A stretch of 32,067 nucleotides of DNA, taken from contig NW_021824150.1 in the NCBI RefSeq assembly GCF_006345805.1, positions 1 to 32,067 on the forward strand. The letters are read 5' to 3'. Positions 22,237-32,067 of the stretch are shown here, one piece after another. Position 1 is the stretch's first letter. Each line of letters begins with the position of its first letter. Source of the stretch: Octopus sinensis (lineage: Eukaryota). The notes under the pieces are model-generated. The model did not search any database. It saw nothing but the letters and a program-made list of their open reading frames with translations, and was not told the origin of the DNA. The position numbers and the translations under genes are program-made.

Positions 22237-22536
22237 TACATTTAGGCACACTGAAATACACATTAATTCTTTTACATTATTGTCATTTAATTTTTGACCA
22301 ACGGAGGTGGTGTACTGGCCTAACCATTGCAGTGTCAAATCAAATGCCGCGTGCTATTTCTTCCGAACCCTTCCATTCTGTGTCCAAATTTTGTTGTGGT
22401 CTTTATCCTTCTGGGATCAATTTAAGCGACTGACCGAATCCCCATCCACAAAATGTAGATTTATGCCTTTGTAATAAATCATTATTTAGTCTTAGATCTG
22501 CTCTGATACAACTGATTAATGATTTAAAGCACTCCT

Positions 22537-22749
22537 AAGGCGGCGAGCTGGCAGAACCGTTAGCACGCTGGACGAAATGATTACTGGTATTTCGTCTGTC
22601 TCTACGTTCTGAGTTCAAATTCCGCCGAGGTCGACTTTGCCTTTCATCCTTTCGGGATCGATAAAGTAAGTACCAGTTGCGTACTGGAGTCGATCTAATC
22701 GACTGGCCCCCTCTCCCAAAATTTCGAGCTTTGTGCCTAGAGTAGAAAA
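22537..22749 (+). mobile_element. tRNA-derived SINE, family A, full length with 16-bp TSD
   Basis: Head AAGGCGGCGAGCTGGCAGAA, B box GAGTTCAAATTCC (22611-22623) and core CTTTCATCCTTTCGGGATCGATAAAGTAAGTACCAG. Flanked by GATTTAAAGC(A/G)CTCCT at 22521-22536 and 22750-22765. Confidence 0.95.
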
Positions 22750-23333
22750 GATTTAAAGCGCTCCTGTCTTGACCACCAAACCGAGAAGTGAAAAATATTT
22801 TGTTTTACTTTATTGGCTCGGTCTTGTTTTGACTGAGAAGAGATATGATGAAAGGCGCTCCTACCATGACTATTAAGTCTCCTTTCTGCCCAGTGTAAAG
22901 TGCAAATGTTGCTGCTGTAGTTGTTATTATTGTTGTTGTTGCTGCTTCTGTTATTATCGTTATTCTTGCTGCTGCTATTGTTGTTGTTCAACTCAAGTTC
23001 GGTTCTAACGAAAGAAGTCTACGAACCGAAGTCGCAATGGTTTGGACCATCCCGTTTATTTATTTATATTTTCAGACAATGAAATTTAGAATATTTCGTT
23101 GAAAATGTAGCAATGCTCATTATGCAATTAGCTAACCATTATTAGCCACTACTATTGCAACCATTGCTGCTACTGCTACTGCTACGGCTGCTGCTGCTAC
23201 TGCTCTGTCTGTGCTCAGACTTTCAGCAAAAGGTTTATTACTCTCAGCTGACATCATAACAAATGAATTAATAGCCAATTACTTCAAACGATGTCAGTAC
23301 AGCGCACAACAAAACAAAAAAAAACCTCATGTG

Positions 23334-23334
<1 letters not shown>

Positions 23335-23383
<49 letters not shown>

Positions 23384-23600
23384 TCGTTCTTAGAATTACG
23401 AACACACAATCACGCACACACACACACACACACATACAAATAAACATGCATAAATGTACTTAGAATGGTCACAATAGCTGTTGTAACTGTTGTTCTTCTT
23501 CTTCTTGCTCTTCCTTTTCTTGTTGTTATTGTTCTTTTTCCTATTCTACTACTACTACTACTACTACTACTATACTACTACTACTACTACTACTACTACA
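23335..23600. repeat. (CA)n, (TTC/TTG)n and (TAC)n microsatellites
   Basis: Directly visible. Confidence 0.85.
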
Positions 23601-23869
23601 TCTAATACTTCTTCTTCTTGCAGCTGTTGTTCCAGGTTGGCGTCCCCAACATCACATTCTCCTTTTAGACGCCACATTGGAAATTCAATCCATCCCCAGT
23701 CACTTCGAACTAAGAAGAATAAATTAAAACTCAAGAACACGAACGAGATTAGCTACGAAAATAATAATTATTGTTATTGAAATAATAATTTTTTTTTTTC
23801 TAATTCAGATAACAGGGCAAGGTTTTAGCCAGGGAAATGGAGTACAGAGAATTCCGATTACTTTAGCAC

Positions 23870-24240
23870 TTCTATTAATTTCTATTGTCTCAATGTACAG
23901 TTCACTGTTCGTGGCAAAGACGCGTTCAAGAAGACGAGAGCGGTTGGCATCGCCCACAACAATTGCCATGATTTTCTGTGTCAATCGATGGCTCTTGAAA
24001 TTCTTGGACCTTGAAAAAGAGTTGTGGCACTATTGATGGATTAAGCATTTGTTTCTGGATTAGAAACTCCTTTGCTTCATTCCTTATAAAACGTGCCTTC
24101 GTTATAAAACGTGCCTTCGTTGGCTTCGAACGCTTCCCGCAGCTCAGAGCGAACTTGCACACTTTTGGTCATCAAATCGTGAATTAGTTCCCAAATGTGA
24201 CTCGCTAATATCAAGAATTTCTTATCCGTGTCGGAAAGGA
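23870..24240 (-). pseudogene. Fossil mariner transposase fragment (catalytic-domain region)
   Basis: Frameshifted minus-strand peptides occur in the order expected for mariner: IWELIHDLMTKSVQVRSELREAFEANEGTF, NPETNA*S, and KNFKSHRLTQKIMAIVVGD...TNSELYIETIE (24005-23880). Compare WVPxxL, YDPETKxQS, KKFK...GKIMATVFWD and TINSxxYIETL. Includes an 18-bp tandem duplication at 24084-24119. Confidence 0.7.
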
Positions 24241-24264
24241 AACTGGTTGTTAGCGTGTCGCATT

Positions 24265-24284
24265 GTTTTGTGTGTGTGTGTGTG

Positions 24285-24321
<37 letters not shown>

Positions 24322-24359
24322 GTGTGTATGTGTGTGTGTTTGCGTGTGTATGGTGTCTG

Positions 24360-24392
<33 letters not shown>

Positions 24393-24420
24393 TATATATA
24401 CAATTATATATATGTTTTGT
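24265..24420. repeat. (TG)n plus (TA)n microsatellite
   Basis: Directly visible. Confidence 0.9.
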
Positions 24421-24504
24421 GTGTGTTTACATATAATGAGAGATGCGCGGCTTTTGGGATTTTTAACTCTTTTTTCTAGCAAACATGTGCGTACCCTACC
24501 CTGA

Positions 24505-24643
24505 CATTTACGTCTACCGAATAATAAGCTAACAAGACTTTGATTGGTCCGCGGGTATAGCGGAAGACACTTGCCTAAGGTGAAGGCACGGGGAAACTGA
24601 ACCCATGACCATAGGATTGGAAAACCAAGCTCTTAACCACACA
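24505..24643 (-). mobile_element. Old SINE family B-like 5' fragment
   Basis: CGTCTACC...TATAGCGGAAGACACTTGCCTAAGGTG...ACTGAACCC...CAAGCTCTTAACCACACA aligns with 3105-3235. Confidence 0.7.
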
Positions 24644-25289
24644 AACATAACCAACCACAGTAACAGTCATATTTCAGGATATTTTTTAAATGTTTCTTGT
24701 GGATGAAGACCTTCTGATCATTCACTTCTCAGGCCTCAAGGCCGAGAATACATCAACTAGGCAGAATAACCTACTGAAATATAAAATATTTTACAATATT
24801 TCATGAAATAAAAGCGATTATTATTTGTTCTTTAACTTAGTATGCACTCATTAGATATAAAATATACAGTATTAAACTGTGAAAGCGTATTGTAAATTGC
24901 GGAAATTTGAAAGCTAAGTTTCGCAGTAAACCTAGTTTCAAAAAGCTATTAAAATAACATCGACAAATGGTTTATTAGTAAATGCTTTTATTTTGCGAAA
25001 ATTATTTTAAATTATGAAACATGTATGGCCTTATATTAAATACTAATTAGGTGATTTAGGCATATTATCAAAGAGCCAATTAAAAGTTAAAATAAGTAGC
25101 ATATGGAATGGTTGAACAGCAGAAGTAATAAAAGTTTATTTTATTAAAAGCTTTCATAAACGTGCACTTGTTGCTTGTACACCAGGTGAATATCTCACTA
25201 ATTATTCGCATTTTTCTGGTCATTTCTTTTTATTGATCAATAAATTTTAACTTTAAACTTTTGCTTCAAATTATTAGCAAATAACTATA

Positions 25290-25294
25290 TATAA

Positions 25295-25349
<55 letters not shown>

Positions 25350-26015
25350 TGTGTGTGTGTGTATGTGTGTGCGTGTGTGTGTGTATTTGTGTGTGTACAT
25401 ACGCATATATAAATGCAAAGAGTAAAATAGGGGAGAGAGAGAGAGAGAGAGAGAGATGCATACACACATGCAATATTATATATGTGCTTATATTTGTGTA
25501 TGTGTGTGTGTGTGTGGTGTGTGTGTGTGTGTGTGCGTGTGTGTGTGTGTATGAATACGTATTATGAACACAATGGACATGAAGACAGAACATAGCACGG
25601 AATGGACAAGTTGTAACCAATGATTCGCACAAGTTTAACACTTTAGAGAGAAGGGCTTTTCACATACACACACAGAAACACAAAGGTATACTCACACACA
25701 CGCACGCACGCACGCACACACACACACACACACATACATACATACAAACATACCTATGATTTAGATAATTTCACCTCTTCCTTAGATAAGACATGCTTGT
25801 AAAATCGGTTATCAGGCCATGAAAAAATAAAAACAAAAAGCGGCAAACAATAAGCTCGAAAACTGTCAAATTTTTTTTCAGTCTTCGGTCTTAGAGAGAA
25901 AACCAAGTAGATTCAACATCTACTGTAATATCTCCCTCCCACGTACACACTCTCTCTCCATCCTCATACCTCTCTTTCTTTCTCTACTTACATATACATA
26001 CATGTACACACACAG

Positions 26016-26070
<55 letters not shown>
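25290..26070. repeat. Compound (TA)/(TG)/(GA)/(CA) microsatellites with unique spacers
   Basis: Directly visible. Confidence 0.85.
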
Positions 26071-26071
<1 letters not shown>

Positions 26072-26999
26072 AACCAATTATTATACTGCATCCTCTGAAA
26101 AGAATACCGAATGACTACACCAATAAATTTTGACATTTTCTTGGATGTCTTGTTAAAACAGAAAGTACCAATTATATTTAGAGCGCTTGTCTTAGAGGAT
26201 TTTTTTTCTCTCTCAAATACGGAAAATCTCATATCAGAAATTAGAGGATCGTAGTCGAGAATATTTACAATCCCATGAATATTCAGTTAATCTAGATTGT
26301 GTTAAGAAACGTTTTGAGAGATGACTGATTGCAAACAAACATAGTTATTGGATAAATAGACACAAAGATGACGAGAAATGAAAAAAACAGAGCATTGCTA
26401 TAAGCTTCTGGATCTTTTAATTAGCATTAATTATTCTGTGTTTAAACGAACGTAAGTTTATCTGACAATGGATAAACATTTCCATCGAGTTGTGATTAAC
26501 GAAACTCACGTTTTCAATTGTGTAAAAAAAAATCTCTGAATGAAATATCTAATTTGTTTGGATATATTGTTTAGGAAAATATATTACATACCGAAAATAG
26601 AAACCAAATGATTTCCGTTTTATCTTAAATTGTACATCAAATATAAGTCGTGTAGAAAAAGTTACAGTTCCAAGAACTCTCAATAAGAGTTAGACATACG
26701 ACAATTAGTAAAACGACAAGCATAAGATTATGTGAAAGCATATGAAATTATATTTGATTTTCTGAGAAGAAAACAAGCCAGACTTATTTTGATATAAGGT
26801 TTTCCGTATTTGAGAAACCAAAACCTTTAAAACAAACGCAGTAAGTATAACTGGTAATTTCTGCTTAAACGAGACATCTAAGAAAATATTTAAATTTACC
26901 GCAATGTATATAGTATAGAACCAGCTTCATGGTTAGTGAAAGTGCAGCAAATTACCAGATGTCTACTTCTCTACAGTTTTTGGTAAGGTCCACTATTTA

Positions 27000-27209
27000 C
27001 GAGGGGTTGCTGAAAATTTTCTGGTTTTAAAAGTATTGCGAAAGGCCGGGCTTTAGGTTCAGCCTTCCGGGTTCCTTTACAGAGCTTAGAAAAACTGTAA
27101 GGCCACTGTGTGAGAATCTGTGAGGGGAATATGTTGGATAAAATCATAATTAACTGATCCTCTTGTGTTTTCTTTTACCTAAACTCAGGAACTTTTCAGC
27201 ACTCCCTCG
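27000..27209 (+). mobile_element. Mariner-type MITE, copy 2 (opposite orientation to copy 1)
   Basis: TA-CGAGGGGTTGCTGAAAA...ACTTTTCAGCACTCCCTCG-TA, with TA on both sides (26998-26999, 27210-27211). Interior is collinear with the reverse complement of 22017-22236. Confidence 0.88.
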
Positions 27210-27719
27210 TATATTTTTGTGTCCTACTTTTACTTGAAGTTGGATTCTTCTGAAGTCTAAATATGGTAAAAGCATTACCATAAAATCTTTATGAAGTACA
27301 GATTCGAATGTGTCAAAGTCCTTTAATATAAAATAATAGGCGTCTAAGAAAAAGTTTATGACCTTTTCCAAATGTCAGCTTCTGATGCAGCAAAACGAAA
27401 TGAAGCAGGCACTCTTCGGAGAGATTTAAAAGATTTGTGATGCAAGAGTCTTTTTTCTGGTAAAGTCGATTGTCTGACATGACGTCTTGGGCGAAGTAAA
27501 TATTATCAGTTAAACGATGGCGAGCCTCTCTGTGGAACTGGCGACCGCAATTCCTTTAATAATTAATATTACTAATTACTTGATTGCTTATCATACAAAT
27601 AAATATTAAAGATGTTATCTTGAGCAAAATAAATTGCAGCAAAATTAGGTGAAGTGCCTCTTTTTTTTAAGTATATTAATGGAGCAGAAAAATATGGCAG
27701 CTCGACTATGAGATATTTG

Positions 27720-28048
27720 ATATGAGCGCGACATGGTGATCTCATATCAAGATAAACAGCGCATAACTTTGCAAATGGGGGCCCAGTTAGAATTTTCTTC
27801 AGGCTGAGTAGCCCATCCCGCTCAAAAAGTCCCTAAATAAGGGTTGTTTAAGGATGTTGAACGAAACACCCATGTTTCCAGAGGTGATTTATTCAAATCC
27901 CAAAGAATACCTCTCAACACATGGCTGTGATGCTCCCCCACTACTTCTGCTCGTGATCAGAGATGCACATATCGTCAGCCACTAAGAGACAAACAAATCT
28001 GTGGAATTGAGCAGAATATTTGCTGTAGCCCATCTTTTATACCAAAAC
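27720..28048. mobile_element. Probable unclassified interspersed repeat
   Basis: GC-richer block (GAGTAGCCCATCCCGCTCAAAA...CTGCTCGTGATCAGAGATGCACATATCGTCAGCCAC...GCTGTAGCCCATCTTTTATACC) that I recall as a high-copy octopus repeat. Single copy here, so unverified. Confidence 0.35.
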
Positions 28049-28236
28049 AAATTATTATTATTATTACTACATGAATTTGAACAGCTCAAAAGATTCAGTA
28101 GTACATGAAGATTTTAAAGTAACTAAAACTGTGTCAAACGAAAATAAACTCTGAGAGTAGCATGTCAAGGTTTGGAGGATAAAGTACCTAGAAAAATAGT
28201 GATATCCATGAAAGTGACCTCATGATTGAATTACAT

Positions 28237-28378
28237 ATTGGTTTCAAAATTTGGAACAAGGCCAGCGATCTCGATGGGGGCTTTGTTGGGTAAGTATTCA
28301 ACTCGTACTTATTTTATCGACCCCGAAAAGATGAAAGCCTAAGTTGACCCCAGAGGCATTTAAACTCAGAACATAAAG
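28237..28378 (-). mobile_element. SINE family A, old truncated copy
   Basis: TTTTATCGACCCCGAAAAGATGAAAG..AAGTTGACC...AACTCAGAAC core. Confidence 0.75.
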
Positions 28379-28414
28379 TTAGATGAAAGCAATTTTATAC
28401 TGATAATTATTATC

Positions 28415-28633
28415 ATTTCTACTCTGGGCGCAAGGCCTTCAAAATTTGTTGGGTAGAGGGGCTAGTCGATTACGTTGACTCCAGTGCGTAACTAATACTT
28501 ATTTTATCGATCCCGAAAGGATGAAAGGAAAAGTCGACCTCGAAAGGAATTTGAACTCAGAACGTAACGACGGTCGAAACACTGCTATGCATTTTTTCCC
28601 GCGTGCTAACGATTCTGCCAGCTCGCCACCTTA
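28415..28633 (-). mobile_element. SINE family A, full length
   Basis: Tail TTTCTACTCTGGGCGCAAGGCC through head CTGCCAGCTCGCCACCTT. Followed by (AAT)n at 28634-28673. Confidence 0.9.
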
Positions 28634-28670
<37 letters not shown>

Positions 28671-28673
28671 TAA

Positions 28674-28874
28674 TAGTTTCAAATTTTGGCACTACGCCAG
28701 AAAGTTCGGAAGAGGGAATAAATCAATAACATCGACCCTCAATGTTCCACTGGTAGTTATTTGATCGACCCCGAAAAGTTAAAAATCAAAAACCTCGAAA
28801 AGATGAAAGGCAATGTCGACCTCGGCCAAATTTGAACTCAGAACTCTAAGAATTTTACCCGGCGTGCCAACGAT
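28674..28874 (-). mobile_element. SINE family A, diverged and 5'-truncated
   Basis: Tail TTTCAAATTTTGGCAC, core ATCGACCCCGAAAAG...GTCGACCTCGG...GAACTCAGAAC, ending at GGCGTGCCAACGAT. Confidence 0.8.
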
Positions 28875-29060
28875 ACTTATTTCTTTATTGCTCACAAGGG
28901 GATAAACATAGAGGGGACAAACAAGGACAGACAAACGGATTAAGTCGATTACATCGACACCAGTGCGTAACTGGTACTTAATTTATCGACACCAAAAGGA
29001 TGAAAGGCAAAGTCGACCTCGGTTTAATTTGAACTCAGAACGTAACAGCAGACGAAATAC
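28875..29060 (-). mobile_element. SINE family A, long-tail variant, 5'-truncated
   Basis: Variant tail CACAAGGGG..AAACA.AGAGG.GACAAACAAGGACAGACAAACGGATTAAGTCG plus family A core, ending at GACGAAATAC. Confidence 0.9.
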
Positions 29061-29294
29061 CTACTTCTTTACTACCCACAAGGGGCTAAACACAGAGGAG
29101 ACAAACAAGGACAGACAAACGGATTAAGTCGATTACATCGACACCAGTGCGTAACTGGTACTTAATTTATCGACCCCATAAGGATGAAAGGCAAAGTCGA
29201 CCTCGGCGGAATTTGAACTCAGAACGTAGCGGCAGACGAAATACCGCTAAGCATTTCGCCCGGTGTGCTAACGTTTCTGCCAGCTCGCCACCTT
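29061..29294 (-). mobile_element. SINE family A, long-tail variant, full length
   Basis: Same variant tail as 28875-29060, with a complete head ending CTGCCAGCTCGCCACCTT. Confidence 0.93.
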
Positions 29295-29748
29295 CCCATT
29301 CGTCAATAGTAATGAATTACAAAATGTCATGGCAAATTTGAGGTTCGCATTATGAATAATGCTTATAATATCCATAAAGGTGAAAAGGGGAGAGAGAAGA
29401 TTTTTGAAACTAAGACATAGATACGTATTTATGGTCGTAAATGACAGAATATATTATATTCTTGTCGATATAATCAATACAGAAAGATATTTTTGTAAGT
29501 GATAGACTCAGACAGTGATATGAAAGCATTTGTAGATGTAAAGCCGAGCGAATGTATTTTAGTTCTACTGTGCTTAGAATCTCTTCCTTTGTTCATATTC
29601 CTGAATTTGTAAAGGAGAAACTTCCTAATTGGAGATGGCCAGCACATTTTCTTTGGACTTTTCTCACCAATCCACTCAGTCTCCAGTCAATGTTTATATC
29701 AAAAAATGTGTTGAGAACATTACCAGTAATTAATGAAGATTCCTCTTC

Positions 29749-29794
<46 letters not shown>

Positions 29795-29845
29795 TCCCTT
29801 TATTTCTCTCTCCTTATCATTATCGCCTTCTCTTAGTTTTATCCC

Positions 29846-29981
29846 TTTCTATCTTAGACACAAGGCCTTAAGGTCTTGAGAAGGGGACGTTGGCAATCAT
29901 ATCGAACCCAATGCTTCACTGATATTTATTTTATCGACCCCGAAAGACGAAAGGCAAAAGTCGACATTGGCAGAATTTGAA
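29846..29981 (-). mobile_element. SINE family A, old 3' fragment
   Basis: TTTCTATCTTAGACACAAGGCC...TTTTATCGACCCCGAAAGACGAAAGGCAAAAGTCGAC...GAATTTGAA. Confidence 0.8.
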
Positions 29982-30061
29982 ATAACTGTATATATGTGTA
30001 GTGTGTGTTATATATTATATATATATATTATATAATATATTATATATATATATATATATAT

Positions 30062-30240
30062 TAGACAAAATGAGATACCAAAGCCAAGGCTGTGAAGTGT
30101 TTTGAGGACATTTATAAGAAAAGAAACATAGATATAGTCTTACAGCTGTTTCTGGGATATCATGAATATCCTGTCAGCAGAGCCGATGTGAGATGGTTAA
30201 ATACAGGTAAATATTTCAGTTCGAAATAGAGAATTATTAA
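30062..30240 (-). mobile_element. Short Penelope-like remnant with a degenerate hammerhead-like motif at 30137-30184
   Basis: Abuts (AT)n at about 30010-30062. Minus strand GGCU-CUGCUGA-CA-GGAUAU-UCAUG-AUAUCC-CA-GAA-ACAGCUGU-A-AGAC has a perfect palindromic stem III and a 6-bp stem II, but core A6>C. The right boundary is approximate. Confidence 0.45.
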
Positions 30241-31314
30241 GGAAAAAGAGGAGATAGAGAATATAGAGGGAACTAAGAGAATGGAAATAGAAATAAAATA
30301 TAAAATATATAAAGATATTGTAGCGGCAGTTCCATTATTCGAGGAAAGTGGTGTATAGAAGAGGTAAAGAAGTTTCCTGTACATGGTATGTAAGTTCCAA
30401 TAGTAGTTCGTGTTTAGTCATTTGAAAGAGTAAGGGGCCGGGGACTCTGTGTTGCTCATTCGAAAGGGTCTTGTGGTGTGAATATAACAACCATATACAT
30501 ATATATATGATCATATCTGCATAATAATCAAGTGAATATGTATGTGTGTGCGTGTATAAATATAGGTGTATATATGTACACGAGACTGTTCATTCACAAG
30601 GCAATATCTTCTGCATTGAAACTACATAGATGTTTATTAATTTGTATGTATACTGTCTATTTCCTGATGCATATGCTCCTTTTGCCGATTATATCTGTGT
30701 TGGCACACGTACAATATACTCACATACGCATATATATATATTCATTTATATAAATACACACACACAAATACATATATACATATATACACACACACACACG
30801 CACACATATATATATGTGTATGTTTCTGTATGTGGTGTTTGTTCGCGGTTGTATATATTGATGGCTCCCTGTATGTAATTGTATGTGAGAATGTGTTTAA
30901 GTGTATATGTGTAGAAGTTCTCCAAGCATTCCCCCAACCACCATTTTCCTGCCTCTTTTATACCTGTTTTTTTTTTATTATTTTTGTTTGTTTGCTTTTT
31001 TTTTCCTTTTTTTTTTTCTAATCCTTGTTTGTTTTCGGAATATATTGTATAATTTTGCGTGTATTATTTGTTTTTATCTCTTCATTTTTCTGATGCCGAT
31101 ATCTCACAGTTGGTTTCTTATTAAATATCATTTACTTCAAGTAGGCTACAATGGGAAGTAGATAAAGCTGAAACGGAAGGAAAGCTGATACGATAAAAAC
31201 CCCTTCCCTCGTTCTTACGAATCCATACACAACGATGGCCAATACAAATAACAATCACAAACACACACACAGCAACAACAATAAAGAAAATAATAATGGC
31301 AGGGATAATAACGA

Positions 31315-31330
31315 GAATAATAATAATAAC

Positions 31331-31383
<53 letters not shown>

Positions 31384-31463
31384 TAATAATAATAATAATA
31401 ATAATAATTATAATATAATATAATAATAATAATAATAATAATAATATAATAACAATAATAATG

Positions 31464-31494
<31 letters not shown>

Positions 31495-31704
31495 TAATAA
31501 TAACAACAACAATAATAATAACAATAATAATAATGATGATGATGATAATAATAAAAATAATGATGATGATGATGATGCTGATGATGATGCTGATGATGAT
31601 GATGATGGTGATGAGGGTGGTTGTTATGATGAGGGTGGTGGTGATGATGATGATGATGATGATGAGGGTGGTGGTGATGATGAGGGTGGTGGTGGTGGTG
31701 GTGG

Positions 31705-31737
<33 letters not shown>

Positions 31738-31830
31738 CGATGACGATGATGATGATGATGAGGGTGGTGGTGGTGGTGGTCGTGATGATAACGTTGAGGA
31801 GAAGAAGACGAAGGAGGAGCAGGAGGAGAA
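31315..31830. repeat. Compound trinucleotide array (AAT)n to (AAC)n to (GAT)n/(GGT)n to (GAA/GGA)n
   Basis: Directly visible. Explains the poly-N/I/M/V ORFs. Confidence 0.92.
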
Positions 31831-32067
31831 TGAAGGAGAATGGTAGGATGTTGATTTAGAATACTATGGCGATGATAATGCTAATGACAATGATAATATT
31901 AATATGCAACGAGGACGAAAGAAGAAAAAAATCATAAATCCAGTTTGCTGACACAATGCAACCTGTTATACATACATACATACATACACACACACATATA
32001 TATACATATATATATATATAATACATATATTCATATGTACACACATACACACATATTTGTATATATA

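Noticed and set aside
26196-26324. Possible terminal exon RIFFLSQIRKISYQKLEDRSREYLQSHEYSVNLDCVKKRFER*
   Set aside because: Only 42 codons, with a modest acceptor and no recognisable homology. Within chance expectation for 32 kb.

Overview
AT-rich, extremely microsatellite-dense eukaryotic DNA, very probably from an octopus (Octopus sp.). This assignment is inferred from my recollection of octopus tRNA-derived SINE families and from the TA/CA/TATG/AAT/GAT repeat load; it was not checked against a database. No host protein-coding gene can be confidently called, and nearly all ORFs in the supplied track are translations of simple repeats. The window reads as intronic or intergenic sequence built from several layers. 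(1) A near full-length fossil Chapaev3-like (CMC) DNA-transposon transposase at about 707-2690, split by three later SINE insertions. (2) About 17 copies or fragments of tRNA-derived SINEs from several modular families, with dimers, a five-copy stack and a chimera. (3) Two copies of a mariner-type MITE and a separate fossil mariner transposase. (4) Short hammerhead-ribozyme-bearing, Penelope-like remnants next to (AT)n tracts, one with an apparently intact minimal hammerhead at 11770-11812 (minus strand). (5) A degenerate minisatellite, a roughly 430-bp (CT)n tract and many compound microsatellites. A few unique segments could hide host exons, but the evidence is weak.
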